From an uncultured Phascolarctobacterium sp. (GTDB lineage Bacteria; Bacillota; Negativicutes; Acidaminococcales; Acidaminococcaceae), in assembly GCA_900541915.1 (NCBI GenBank), contig UQLS01000003.1, positions 104,196-168,195 of the forward strand: DNA of 64,000 nt. Reading direction: 5' to 3'. Shown here one piece after another: positions 38,529-48,701 of this stretch (the stretch's first letter is position 1; each line of letters begins with the position of its first letter). The notes under the pieces are model-generated. The model was given only the letters and a program-made list of their open reading frames with translations. It was not told the DNA's origin and ran no database searches. The position numbers were made by a program, and so were the translations under genes.

Positions 38529-39204
38529 TTAATTTTATTTCATTTTTCAGCGCATCCTTGAACAGATCTACCAGGTTACGCTTACAGGAATATAAGCAGG
38601 TTGAATTTTCTTCGTCTGCCAAATCACCGGTCAGTACCGTATGCGAATCGGCAATCAGACGGATCTGTTCATGCTGCTTGCTGGCAGAGTAGCATATAGC
38701 TCCCTGCATCGTAAAATCCTTATCGCTGATGATTACAACCTTTAATTTTCTGTCGATAGCCTCCTGCAGTTCCTGCTGCAAAAGCTCCATTACTCTGGCA
38801 TTGGCAGAAACATAAATTCTGGCCTGTGCCTGACGAACGGTATTTTTTAATTTATTTATTATCTCCCGCTCGCCTTTAATAGTAATGTAGCCTTCGGCAT
38901 CGTTCTTTAACTGCGGCAGCTGCTGCAGAATATCCTGCTTGATTTTTTGCAGTCGTTCCAGCTTGTTCTGACAAAATTCTTCTGCCGCTACAGGTGTATA
39001 GCGTGTTACCTTACCTTCTTCCAGAATATAGGCAGCACCCTTATCTACCAGCCCAGCTAAAGCCGTATAGGTATTAGAACGCGAAATACCTGTCTGCTTG
39101 GCAGCTTCGTAGCCCGTAAGGCTGCCTGCCTTCAGCAGCAGTACATACAGCGTTGCTTCCTGCTTTGTGAGATTAAAGTTTGTTAATCCTTCGATAAGTT
39201 CCAT
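38497..39204 (-). CDS. TrmB-family transcriptional regulator
   Basis: N-terminal HTH LTKQEATLYVLLLKAGSLTGYEAAKQTGISRSNTYTALAGLVDKG. It overlaps the lysA-like start by 32 nt. Confidence 0.75.
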   Translation of the reverse strand: MELIEGLTNFNLTKQEATLYVLLLKAGSLTGYEAAKQTGISRSNTYTALAGLVDKGAAYILEEGKVTRYTPVAAEEFCQNKLERLQKIKQDILQQLPQLKNDAEGYITIKGEREIINKLKNTVRQAQARIYVSANARVMELLQQELQEAIDRKLKVVIISDKDFTMQGAICYSASKQHEQIRLIADSHTVLTGDLADEENSTCLYSCKRNLVDLFKDALKNEIKLIELQKGDNRG

Positions 39205-39256
39205 TGTCCCTCATTCAGCTCTTCTTTTTATTGTTCCTGTTTAAGAACACTATATT

Positions 39257-39341
39257 ATATTTTTTTTGAGTTGTCAATAGCTAACAGCTATTTTTTCTCT
39301 TATAAACTTTTCTTGCCACCGCTGACTGGCAGCGTTATAAT
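39257..39341 (+). promoter_or_regulatory. Promoter with a candidate palindromic operator upstream of the NifX-like gene
   Basis: Palindrome AATAGCT-aac-AGCTATT sits upstream. -35 TTGCCA and -10 TATAAT separated by a 17-nt spacer. Confidence 0.45.
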
Positions 39342-39442
39342 ATTATTGTCATATGTCAGAAAGTTTATATTGCCTTTACAGCACTGACTTAGTACATTCA
39401 TCAAGCTGCCGTAAACGGCCAATCTGAAAGGAAGAAATAATT

Positions 39443-39835
39443 ATGAAAATAGCAGTAACCTATGCAGACGGAAATATTTTTCAGCATTTCGGTCATACCG
39501 AGCAATTTAAAGTATATGAAGCAGAAAATGGTCAAATCATCTCCGCGCAGGTCATCAGTACTAACGGCAGCGGTCATGGTGCTTTAGCAGTTCTGCTCTC
39601 TGACCTGCAGGTTGATACGCTGATTTGCGGCGGTATCGGTGCCGGCGCACAAAATGCACTGGCACAGGCTGGCATTAAATTATACGGCGGAGCAGCCGGC
39701 AGCGCCGACGAAGCAGTAGCTGCGCTTTTAGCAGGCAAGCTTGCTTTCAATCCTGACGTACATTGCAGTCACCACGACCATGAGCATGGTGAACACCACT
39801 GCGGTGAACATCATACCTGCGGCGGTCACAATTAA
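39443..39835 (+). CDS. NifB/NifX-family (dinitrogenase FeMo-cofactor-like, DUF134) protein with a His/Cys-rich C-terminal tail
   Basis: MKIAVTYADGNIFQHFGHTEQFKVYE core. Tail HCSHHDHEHGEHHCGEHHTCGGHN. Confidence 0.8.
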   Translation: MKIAVTYADGNIFQHFGHTEQFKVYEAENGQIISAQVISTNGSGHGALAVLLSDLQVDTLICGGIGAGAQNALAQAGIKLYGGAAGSADEAVAALLAGKLAFNPDVHCSHHDHEHGEHHCGEHHTCGGHN

Positions 39836-39838
39836 TTT

Positions 39839-40288
39839 ATGCGGCTTAAAGAAGAACTTAATCGTCCTGATGCTTTGCTGCAGCAGCTGACACATGTTTG
39901 GGAAAGCTCAGTAAGAGCAACACATCTATTTCTGCCGGAATCAGATATTATTGCTATCAAAAAATGTATTCCTCGATACCTATCGGCTGTGCCTATACTA
40001 ATCACCGTATCAGATAACAATAAACATATTGCATTCATGGGTCTACAGGAAAATAATATCGAAATGCTTTTTATTGATGCGAACTACCGAGGTAAAGGTA
40101 TAGGTAAAAGACTTATCAGCTATGCTTTAAATAAATATGCGGCAGATAAAGTAACCGTCAACAAACAAAACCAGCAGGCAATAGGATTTTATGAAAAAAT
40201 GGGTTTCGCAGTTTTCAAGGAAACACCTGTCGACGAACAGGGCAGACCCTATCCACTTCTTTATATGGCTTTACAAAAAAAGACTTAG
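39839..40288 (+). CDS. GNAT-family N-acetyltransferase
   Basis: Acetyl-CoA motif RGKGIGKRLI. Confidence 0.8.
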   Translation: MRLKEELNRPDALLQQLTHVWESSVRATHLFLPESDIIAIKKCIPRYLSAVPILITVSDNNKHIAFMGLQENNIEMLFIDANYRGKGIGKRLISYALNKYAADKVTVNKQNQQAIGFYEKMGFAVFKETPVDEQGRPYPLLYMALQKKT

Positions 40289-40342
40289 GCTAAGTGATAT
40301 GTACCCAGAGTTCTGGACATATTTCTTAACTACACTGAGTAT

Positions 40343-40391
40343 ATGGATGCCATCTTATATTTTAAAGATGGTATCCATTTTGTCTTTTTCT
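40343..40391 (+). terminator. Rho-independent terminator after the GNAT gene; it forms the left edge of repeat copy A
   Basis: ATGGATGCCATCTT...AAGATGGTATCCAT stem followed by TTTTGTCTTTTT. Confidence 0.7.
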
Positions 40392-40855
40392 AAATTCTTT
40401 ATTTGTTGTAATAGTTTATATCTTATACGACTTTCTCAAATTCTTCAGTTAAATAACATTTAACAAATCTTTTTTTGAAATATAATGTCAATTCTTCTGA
40501 TTTCAAAATATTATGTTGATTTTAGAATATACATTGTCTTTAGTAGATATTTTAATTTGTACTCTTTTCTATGAGTTCTTTGACAATTGCTGCTTTTTCT
40601 TCTTGAGTTACACAGCACATTTTTCTTCTCTTTCTTTTATTATGTTAGTGCATTATAACCTTAATATTTATATTTTTGAACTCATTGATATAGCATTTCA
40701 GACTTTATACCGATAGTTAATGTCACTTTTATCATTTTGTCATTGTTATGTCGAAATCTGTTCTGACTAACACCATATGATGTTTCTGTGCTTTTTTCTT
40801 TTGTACATATCAACAAATTTTAATTTGCGCTTATAACTGTAACACACAAAAATAC
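40373..40855. repeat. Direct repeat copy A (483 bp, identical to 42286..42768), AT-rich and non-coding
   Basis: Base-by-base comparison with copy B. Homology extends with mismatches to about 40300..40895. Confidence 0.9.
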
Positions 40856-40888
40856 CCTCTTTACTTGTTTTGTCCAGTAAAGAGGGTA
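40843..40888 (-). terminator. Rho-independent terminator for the minus-strand hypothetical gene
   Basis: Perfect 12-bp stem ACCCTCTTTACT / AGTAAAGAGGGT; the T-run is on the minus strand. Confidence 0.7.
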
Positions 40889-40906
40889 CATATCTTACTA
40901 TAGCAG

Positions 40907-41599
40907 TTACTTTTTTATCTTAGTACCAAATACATAATCCCAAGTTGCTAAATTATTACCACTTTCGCTATGTCTGACTAAAATATTTAATTCTTCAGGA
41001 TTTAATTTAAAGCCACGTGCCCCCATCATTCCTGAGTATGTAGAACCGATATCTTTAACAAAAGCTATTTTATCTTCTTTATGAAGATTAAACCAATGTG
41101 AATTTACTTCAACCAATAAGGTTTTTCCATCATATGTAAGGTTACATGCTTCAAATAATCCTTCATATTTATTTGATAAAACAGAAGCATATGATTCGCC
41201 AATTTCGTTATGTTGTCCTTCTGTTAAATAAAATTTTTGAGATTGAGTTACGTTATTAGCTACTTGTTGTTCTTTTTTCTCTATAATATTGTCTGACTTT
41301 TGTTGATTTTGTTTGTTATCTTTTTGTTCTAATACTGTTTGATTTGTGGTATTTACTCTAATGGATTCATATTTTGTATTAGGAGTAAACGCTGATATCA
41401 TCATCATTATGCCTAATATTATTGTTCCATAATAGTAATATTTCTTTGTATTGTCATATTTCGTTTTTATTGCTTTATATCCTATAAATGCAATTGTAAA
41501 ACCTAATGCAAAGGTTAATGATTTCACTCCTGCAATAATAGCTATAATTAAGCTTATTATAAAGGATTTAATACCATATTGTTTGAATAGATTTATCAT
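40907..41599 (-). CDS. Hypothetical membrane-anchored protein (two N-terminal TM segments plus a C-terminal domain of about 150 aa) on an AT-rich island
   Basis: RBS GAGGTGA 7 nt before ATG at 41599. GC is far below the genome background. I recognise no family. Confidence 0.6.
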   Translation of the reverse strand: MINLFKQYGIKSFIISLIIAIIAGVKSLTFALGFTIAFIGYKAIKTKYDNTKKYYYYGTIILGIMMMISAFTPNTKYESIRVNTTNQTVLEQKDNKQNQQKSDNIIEKKEQQVANNVTQSQKFYLTEGQHNEIGESYASVLSNKYEGLFEACNLTYDGKTLLVEVNSHWFNLHKEDKIAFVKDIGSTYSGMMGARGFKLNPEELNILVRHSESGNNLATWDYVFGTKIKK

Positions 41600-42285
41600 A
41601 TGAAATCACCTCAAATTCATCTTTTTATATTCCGTTTCTATAAAAGTACTGATTTATCTTTTCAAATATAAAATAAAAGGGATATTTTTTATTCTTTCTG
41701 TTATTTTAAGAGATTTATTAAATTGTGTAAATCTTCTTTATGGATTTGATAGCCTAAAATGCTTTCTACTGCGACTCCTATCTAAATTAATCTTTTCGTT
41801 CTATCTTTTCTTTGGGCAAGTTTTTATTTTGCCAAGATATCTTTTTCGTGCTTTTAGTTGCTCTAATCGTTTATCTTTATTCTGCTGTTTTTACATTGTC
41901 CATAATTGGCCTCCGTATCACAGTATTTTTATTATACTATTTATACAGAAATATTGCACAATTTTTTGCATATAAGTATAAAAAAAACAGTAGAAGTAAA
42001 TCCCACGTTTTTATACAAAAGCACATTTACAGACACAAAATTGTGTCCATTTTGCGATCTGTATAGCAGATAAAGAAAAATAAGGTAGCATATTATGGCA
42101 GTTTATAGTTATAATATATCAAATATAAACCGTGGAAAAATCAACTTCCACAACCACACTTGCATATATTCCTGGCAAAAAACAAAAGAGGCAAGACTTT
42201 GTTTGTCTGATATGTACCCATAATTTAGAGTATATTTCTTGACTACATGGAATATGTAGATACCATCCTGTATTTTAAAGATGGC

Positions 42286-42768
42286 ATCCATTTTGTCTTT
42301 TTCTAAATTCTTTATTTGTTGTAATAGTTTATATCTTATACGACTTTCTCAAATTCTTCAGTTAAATAACATTTAACAAATCTTTTTTTGAAATATAATG
42401 TCAATTCTTCTGATTTCAAAATATTATGTTGATTTTAGAATATACATTGTCTTTAGTAGATATTTTAATTTGTACTCTTTTCTATGAGTTCTTTGACAAT
42501 TGCTGCTTTTTCTTCTTGAGTTACACAGCACATTTTTCTTCTCTTTCTTTTATTATGTTAGTGCATTATAACCTTAATATTTATATTTTTGAACTCATTG
42601 ATATAGCATTTCAGACTTTATACCGATAGTTAATGTCACTTTTATCATTTTGTCATTGTTATGTCGAAATCTGTTCTGACTAACACCATATGATGTTTCT
42701 GTGCTTTTTTCTTTTGTACATATCAACAAATTTTAATTTGCGCTTATAACTGTAACACACAAAAATAC
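42286..42768. repeat. Direct repeat copy B (483 bp, identical to 40373..40855)
   Basis: Identical sequence. It encodes the same spurious 67-aa ORF as copy A. Confidence 0.9.
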
Positions 42769-42822
42769 ATTCCTTACTTGTTTTATACAGCAAAGAGAGT
42801 AAATATCACAAAGTATAAGTAT

Positions 42823-43410
42823 TTAAATTGCTTCTATAATCTTCTGCAGTATCTCCACCGTTTCCTCCAAAGGCCGCGCCATGCTTTCATCCCAAACCAT
42901 TTCCGGCATTAACGGCACATGAACGAATCCTATCTTCATTTTAGTATTCTGATAATTATGCAGCGAGAGATAAAAAACCTCATTGCAGATATAGGCGCCG
43001 CTGCTGTAGCCAATGGCTACCGGCATTTTTTCCTTGCGCAGCTTCTTCACCAGCGTATGCACATCAAGTGTAGCAAAATAAGCAGTCGGGCCATCTGTTA
43101 CAATAGGCTCATTCCATGGCTTTTTACCTAAATTATCCTCTATCAGTGCATCTCTCAGATTGATTGCCACAGTATCTAAAATAATATCCGTACTGCCGCT
43201 GTTCATCCCCAGCATTAAAAGACAATCCGGCTGCAGCTGCTCCACTGCGTGGGCAATCTTCTTAAATTCGGAACCGTAGATATTTAAAAGCTGCAGCTTA
43301 TGCAGCTCAAAATCGCCTATCTTATCAGGAATAGACTGTACAGCCTGCCAGGAAGGATTGATTATATATTTGCCAAAAGGGTCAAAGCCTGTTATCAGTA
43401 ATTTACGCAT
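42823..43410 (-). CDS. pcp: Pyrrolidone-carboxylate (pyroglutamyl) peptidase I
   Basis: N-terminus LITGFDPFGKYIINPS. Pcp fold over 195 aa. Confidence 0.85.
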   Translation of the reverse strand: MRKLLITGFDPFGKYIINPSWQAVQSIPDKIGDFELHKLQLLNIYGSEFKKIAHAVEQLQPDCLLMLGMNSGSTDIILDTVAINLRDALIEDNLGKKPWNEPIVTDGPTAYFATLDVHTLVKKLRKEKMPVAIGYSSGAYICNEVFYLSLHNYQNTKMKIGFVHVPLMPEMVWDESMARPLEETVEILQKIIEAI

Positions 43411-43506
43411 TTTTTCTCTGCACCACCTTTAACAGTATAGTATAACTTTAACCTTCAAACAGCAATAAAAAAATCTGTATAATCATAGATTATACAGATT
43501 TTTATT

Positions 43507-44286
43507 TTATTTAATTTTCGTAAACAAAGCTTTGACGTTTTTGGTAGTCTGCTCTGCCAGTTCTTCAAAAGGCACACCCAAGACCTCGGCTGCATTACGC
43601 GCCGTCAGTTCCACATAACCCGGATTATTGCGTTTGCCGCGGTACGGCACCGGCGTCAGATAGGGACTGTCTGTTTCAAATAGCAGCAGCTCTCGGGGAA
43701 TATAGCTCATTACCTCCCGCACCTTCTGGGCATTCTTATAGGTAGAAGTACCGCCAAAGCCAAAATAATAACCGCGTTTAACCAGTTCCTTAGCCATTTC
43801 CAGCGAGCCGGAAAAACAATGGAATACTGCGCGCACGCCGGTTACTTCCTTCTGAAAGATTTCCAGCATATCTCCATGAGCATCACGGTCATGAATAATA
43901 ACTGGCAAATCAAACTGCTTGGCTAAATCTAACTGTTCTAAAAAAATACGCTTCTGTACTTCTTTAGGCTCGTTTTCCTTCCAGTAATAATCAAGTCCAA
44001 TTTCTCCGATAGCTGCAACCTTCGGATGCACCGCCCAGGCTGCCAGCTTATCCAGATAATCGGCAGGTATGCCTTTTAATTCTTCCGGATGCCAGCCCAC
44101 TGCCGCATAAATAAAATCATATTTTTCCGCCAGTTCTACTGCAAAGGCGGAAGTAGCTTCATCACAGCCGGGATTGACAATACCGTCCAAATCCTGCTGC
44201 AGCTTACTGATAAGTTCTTCCCGATCGTCCGTAAAATAATCGGAATCAAGGTGTGCGTGGGAATCCCACAATCCTGTTCTGCTCAT
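43507..44286 (-). CDS. tatD: TatD-family metal-dependent hydrolase/DNase
   Basis: N-terminal DSHAHLD motif; HxH and D residues conserved. Confidence 0.9.
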   Translation of the reverse strand: MSRTGLWDSHAHLDSDYFTDDREELISKLQQDLDGIVNPGCDEATSAFAVELAEKYDFIYAAVGWHPEELKGIPADYLDKLAAWAVHPKVAAIGEIGLDYYWKENEPKEVQKRIFLEQLDLAKQFDLPVIIHDRDAHGDMLEIFQKEVTGVRAVFHCFSGSLEMAKELVKRGYYFGFGGTSTYKNAQKVREVMSYIPRELLLFETDSPYLTPVPYRGKRNNPGYVELTARNAAEVLGVPFEELAEQTTKNVKALFTKIK

Positions 44287-44289
44287 AAT

Positions 44290-44883
44290 TTACCCCAACA
44301 TATAACGTAAAAAGCCTATATATAATTCCAGTACGAACATTATCCATAACAAAATATATCTCAGCACCGCAGCCTTGCGGGAGTAGATTTCTTCTCCCGG
44401 CAGATAAAACAGCTGTGGGTTTTGCGCATTATACATCAGCTTTTTCTTCAAGCCTGCTGTAAAGCCGCTGTCGATAATATCCTCGTTTTTCGTTCTGCGT
44501 CCCTTTGCCTCATTGATAGGACAGCTGTAATCCTGATGCTGTACTTTAAAGTCAATAATCGGACGAAGCTGACTGCCTCTGTCCCAGGTCTTCTTATAGC
44601 CGGATACAGTACCGTTAGCTTTTTCCGTACAGAGCTTTTCCAGCGTAGGAAAATAATCAGCTGTCATGGCCCTGACCAGAGAAATAATAGCTATCAGCAT
44701 CGACAGCTTAACCATCCAGGTTACGGTCTTAACCAGATAGAAATAATAGCCCGGAACATGCTGCTCCAGCCACGCATAAGGCAATATATAAGGCGCCAGG
44801 CTGCCGATCAAGACCAGCAGCACACTGACGCCTAAAAGTACATAAGGACGCCAGTAAAGTCTGAAAAACAGCTTTTCTGACAT
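44290..44883 (-). CDS. Hypothetical membrane protein of 197 aa
   Basis: Three to four TM segments. It sits between metG and tatD. Confidence 0.5.
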   Translation of the reverse strand: MSEKLFFRLYWRPYVLLGVSVLLVLIGSLAPYILPYAWLEQHVPGYYFYLVKTVTWMVKLSMLIAIISLVRAMTADYFPTLEKLCTEKANGTVSGYKKTWDRGSQLRPIIDFKVQHQDYSCPINEAKGRRTKNEDIIDSGFTAGLKKKLMYNAQNPQLFYLPGEEIYSRKAAVLRYILLWIMFVLELYIGFLRYMLG

Positions 44884-44900
44884 TATGTCCTCCTATGAAT

Positions 44901-46862
44901 TTATTTTACTCTGCTGCCGGAAGCAATGCCGGGAGCATCTGCCAGCACCAGATTGCCGTTGCCGTCAGAAGCAGCAAGCAGCATGCCGCGGGATTCAATA
45001 CCACGCAGCTTAGCAGGTTTCAGATTAGCGATAACAATAACATTACGGCCAATCAGCTGTTCTGCTTCATAGTATTGAGCGATACCGCTGACAATAGTGC
45101 GTTCTTCTTCACCGATTTTTACCTGCAGCTTCATCAGCTTATCGGTTTTAGGTACGCGTTCTGCAGCAATAATTTCTGCTACACGTAAATCCAGCTTACC
45201 AAAATCATCAATGCTGATTTCCGGTTTGATTTCTTCTACTTTTGCCGCCGGTTTTGCTTCTGCTTTAGGAGCAGGAACAGCTTCCGGTTTATGTTCAAAG
45301 CGTTTGCCGCCGATGATGGTAGCACCGTCTTCGGTTACTTCGATACGCGGATACAGAGGCTCGCCTTTCTGTACTTTGGTACCGTCAGCAATACCGCCCC
45401 AAACTGCTTCTGCCAGCAGGAATTCTTCCGGCACAGTCAGACCCAGCTGAGCAAAGATTTTCGGACTGGTAGACGGAATAAACGGAGCAATCAGGATAGC
45501 TACGATACGCAGGGTTTCTGCCAGATTGTACATAACAGTCTGCAGACGTGCTGCCTTAGTTTCGTCCTTAGCCAAAATCCAGGGAGCTGTTTCGTCGATA
45601 TATTTGTTAGCGCGGCTGATAAGAGCCCAAACGCCTTTAATAGCACTGTTGATTTCCATATTATCCATATCTTTGATATATTGCTCAACAGTAGTTTTTA
45701 CCAAGGCCTGTAATTCTTCGTCGATAGCTTCAGCAGCACCGGCATTAGTAACAATACCGCCATGATATTTTTCAATCATGCTCACAGTTCTGTGCAGCAG
45801 GTTGCCCAGGTCGTTTGCCAAATCGGCGTTAATACGATTGATAAGGGCATCACGGGAGAAGTTGCCGTCGCTGCCCAGATTGATTTCACGCAGCAGGAAA
45901 TAACGGATAGCATCAGCGCCAAATTCGTCAATCAAGCCCAGCGGGTCAATAACATTGCCTTTGGACTTGGACATCTTGTCGCCTTCTACAACCAGCCAGC
46001 CATGTCCGTATACTTTTTCCGGCAAAGGCTGACCCATAGCCATCAGCATAATCGGCCAGATGATAGTATGGAAACGTACGATTTCCTTGCCTACCAGATG
46101 CAGGCTTGCAGGCCAGTATTTCTGGAATTTTTCCGGATCACTGCCGTAGCCGATACCGGTGAAATAGTTCAGCAGCGCATCGAACCATACATATACAACG
46201 TGTTTTTTATCGAAAGGTACAGGGATGCCCCAGTCGAAGGTTGTTCTGGTAATGCACAGGTCTTCCAGACCTTGTTTGATGAAGTTAATCATCTCATTGC
46301 GGCGGCTGACAGGCTGAATAAAATCAGGATGGGTTTCAATGTATTCCAGCAGTCTGTCCTGATATTTGGACAGCTTAAAGAAATAGCTTTCTTCTGCCAT
46401 TTTCTCTACCGGACGGCCGCAGTCAGGGCACTTGCCGTCTACCAGCTGACGTTCCAGCCAGTAAGATTCGCAGGGAACGCAGTACAGACCTTCATAGTTC
46501 TTTTTGTAGATATCGCCCTGGTCAAAGATTTTTTGCAGTACTTCCTGCACAACCTTATGATGGCGTTCTTCACTGGTACGGATAAAATCATTATTGGAGA
46601 TATTCAGACGCTGCCACAGCAGTTTGAAATTAGCAATAATCTTATCAACATATTGAATGGGAGTAATACCCTGTTCATTAGCTTTGCGCTGAATTTTCAG
46701 GCCGTGTTCATCACTGCCGGTCAGAAAGAATACATCTTCTCCCTTTGCTCTGTGAAAACGTGCCAGAGAATCGGCAATCGTAGTGCAGTATGCATGTCCG
46801 ATATGCAGGTTATCACTGGGATAATAAATAGGTGTCGTAATATAATACGCCGGTTTTGTCAT
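44901..46862 (-). CDS. metG: Methionyl-tRNA synthetase with a C-terminal tRNA-binding domain
   Basis: HIGH motif (HIGHAY), KMSKS motif and a C-terminal EMAP/Trbp111-like domain. ATG 46862 is preferred over the GTG ORF-track start. Confidence 0.95.
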   Translation of the reverse strand: MTKPAYYITTPIYYPSDNLHIGHAYCTTIADSLARFHRAKGEDVFFLTGSDEHGLKIQRKANEQGITPIQYVDKIIANFKLLWQRLNISNNDFIRTSEERHHKVVQEVLQKIFDQGDIYKKNYEGLYCVPCESYWLERQLVDGKCPDCGRPVEKMAEESYFFKLSKYQDRLLEYIETHPDFIQPVSRRNEMINFIKQGLEDLCITRTTFDWGIPVPFDKKHVVYVWFDALLNYFTGIGYGSDPEKFQKYWPASLHLVGKEIVRFHTIIWPIMLMAMGQPLPEKVYGHGWLVVEGDKMSKSKGNVIDPLGLIDEFGADAIRYFLLREINLGSDGNFSRDALINRINADLANDLGNLLHRTVSMIEKYHGGIVTNAGAAEAIDEELQALVKTTVEQYIKDMDNMEINSAIKGVWALISRANKYIDETAPWILAKDETKAARLQTVMYNLAETLRIVAILIAPFIPSTSPKIFAQLGLTVPEEFLLAEAVWGGIADGTKVQKGEPLYPRIEVTEDGATIIGGKRFEHKPEAVPAPKAEAKPAAKVEEIKPEISIDDFGKLDLRVAEIIAAERVPKTDKLMKLQVKIGEEERTIVSGIAQYYEAEQLIGRNVIVIANLKPAKLRGIESRGMLLAASDGNGNLVLADAPGIASGSRVK

Positions 46863-47102
46863 TCTGTAATCCCTTCTCACTTTATAGATTATGGCTTATC
46901 GCCTTTATGTACTATGTACGCTGCCAAAAGCAGGCATACTACCAGTTACCCTGTAATTTTAACATATTTTGCCTGTTATTGTCCAAAAATATTAAGCTTA
47001 CAGGTAATTTATCAGCCTGAAAGTAATTTTTAAAACCTAATAAGTACTGTAATAAAAAACAGCTGTATTCTAAATAAAAAGACTGCCCAAAGGCAGCCTT
47101 TT

Positions 47103-47945
47103 TTACTCTTCCTGCAGCAAACTGTTATATAATTCTCGTTTAGGCACACGGCGCGCTTTGGCAACCTTTGCCAGCGCTTCCTTCTTATCCATACCGCCAG
47201 CAATAAGCTGTTTAACTTCTGTCAGCGGATCAACCTCTGCCTCTTCCTGCGCAGGCTGCTCTCCCGGAGCCAGTACTAAACAGAACTCTCCGCGCGGTGG
47301 CTGCACTTGAAGCCACTCCAGACACGAAGATACTGTTCCGCGGAAAAATTCCTCATGCAGCTTGGTCAATTCCCTTGCTGCTGCTATCTGTCTGTCTCCC
47401 CAGCAAGCTAAAATATCCTGCAGCACTTCCTCCAAACGGTGAGGAGCTTCGTACAGGATAATAGTAGCAGGAATATACTGCCATTTTTCCAGCTGCTCCT
47501 TACGGTTACGTCTGCTTTTAGGCAGAAAACCGCCGAAAAAGAACGGATAAGTTGGCAGCCCGGAAGCAATCAGCGCACAGAGAGCCGCATTAGCACCCGG
47601 TACAGGCACTACTTTAATACCTGCCGCAATAGCTTCCTTAGCCAGTGCCTCACCAGGGTCAGCAATACCCGGAAAACCGGCATCACTTACCAGGGCAACA
47701 TTTTTGCCATCCTGCAGCTCCTGCAGCAGATATGCGCCCTGCTTTTCCTTGCTGTGCTCGTCATAACGCACCAATCGTCCTTTAATCTCAAAATGATTCA
47801 GCAGCTGTCTGGTATGACGTGTATCCTCGGCCGCAATAATATCTGCTTCACTAAGCATACGTATTGCGCGCGGCGTCATATCCTCCAGATTACCGATAGG
47901 CGTGGCGCACAGATATAAAGTTCCGTATGCAGTTTCTATTGCCAT
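47103..47945 (-). CDS. rsmI: 16S rRNA (cytidine1402-2'-O)-methyltransferase
   Basis: N-terminus GTLYLCATPIGNLEDMTPRA. RBS GGGAGG before ATG at 47945. Confidence 0.9.
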   Translation of the reverse strand: MAIETAYGTLYLCATPIGNLEDMTPRAIRMLSEADIIAAEDTRHTRQLLNHFEIKGRLVRYDEHSKEKQGAYLLQELQDGKNVALVSDAGFPGIADPGEALAKEAIAAGIKVVPVPGANAALCALIASGLPTYPFFFGGFLPKSRRNRKEQLEKWQYIPATIILYEAPHRLEEVLQDILACWGDRQIAAARELTKLHEEFFRGTVSSCLEWLQVQPPRGEFCLVLAPGEQPAQEEAEVDPLTEVKQLIAGGMDKKEALAKVAKARRVPKRELYNSLLQEE

Positions 47946-47992
47946 AACTTTGCCTCCCGTCTGCGCCTCCAGCGCCAATCTTATTATCTTTT

Positions 47993-48700
47993 TTATTCAT
48001 AATATTTTTTTACCTGCTGAGTATAACTGCCGTCTGCCTCATACATAATCAGCGGCGGCAAAACATCCATGCCGTAACTGCCGCCCTTGACCATTTCCAT
48101 AAGAAAGATCCAGGCCGGTTTATCAATCGCAGAATGTACCCACTGCAGTTTTTTCGGCTGCAAGCCATATTTAAAGGCCAGCTGCATCGCTTCGGCAAAA
48201 CGCTCCGGCAGCTGCACCAAAGCAAAGCGTCCGCGAAAACGCACTGCATAAGCCGCTGCCTGGAAAAAATCTTCCAAAGTAGCAGTTACCTCATGACAGG
48301 CAGCAGTGCCAATCTGACGCACATTTCCGCTGTTGCGATAGGGTGGATTGGCAGCCACTAAATCCATACTTTCAGGTTTAACAATTTCTTTTATGCTACG
48401 GATATCACCATCTACGACAGTAAATTTCTCCTGCAGCATATTGTCTTCAACACTGCGCCGCAAAAGCTCCGTTACCTGGGGATTGCAGTCCACTGCCGTA
48501 ACATGCGCCGCGCCGCGGCTTTCCAGCAGCATGCTGATAGCTCCTGTACCGCAGCCAAGCTCAAGCACCTTAGCCTGTCTTACCAGATGAGGGAAATGCC
48601 CTAAAAATACGGCATCAGTAGTAAAGCAGAACTGCCCTGCATCCTGCCAGATTTTATAACGACACCCCGGCAGATAATCACATCTTACTGAACTTTCCAT
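47993..48700 (-). CDS. tRNA1(Val) (adenine37-N6)-methyltransferase-like SAM methyltransferase (YfiC/TrmN6 family)
   Basis: NPPY motif and GxGxG (LELGCGTGAIS). Confidence 0.8.
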   Translation of the reverse strand: MESSVRCDYLPGCRYKIWQDAGQFCFTTDAVFLGHFPHLVRQAKVLELGCGTGAISMLLESRGAAHVTAVDCNPQVTELLRRSVEDNMLQEKFTVVDGDIRSIKEIVKPESMDLVAANPPYRNSGNVRQIGTAACHEVTATLEDFFQAAAYAVRFRGRFALVQLPERFAEAMQLAFKYGLQPKKLQWVHSAIDKPAWIFLMEMVKGGSYGMDVLPPLIMYEADGSYTQQVKKYYE

Positions 48701-48701
48701 A

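Noticed and set aside
40513-40716. 67-aa ORF MLILEYTLSLVDIL..., present identically at 42426..42629
   Set aside because: It lies wholly inside the 483-bp non-coding direct repeat. It has no RBS, its composition is low-complexity and AT-driven, and it is duplicated only because the DNA is duplicated. It is reported as a repeat instead.
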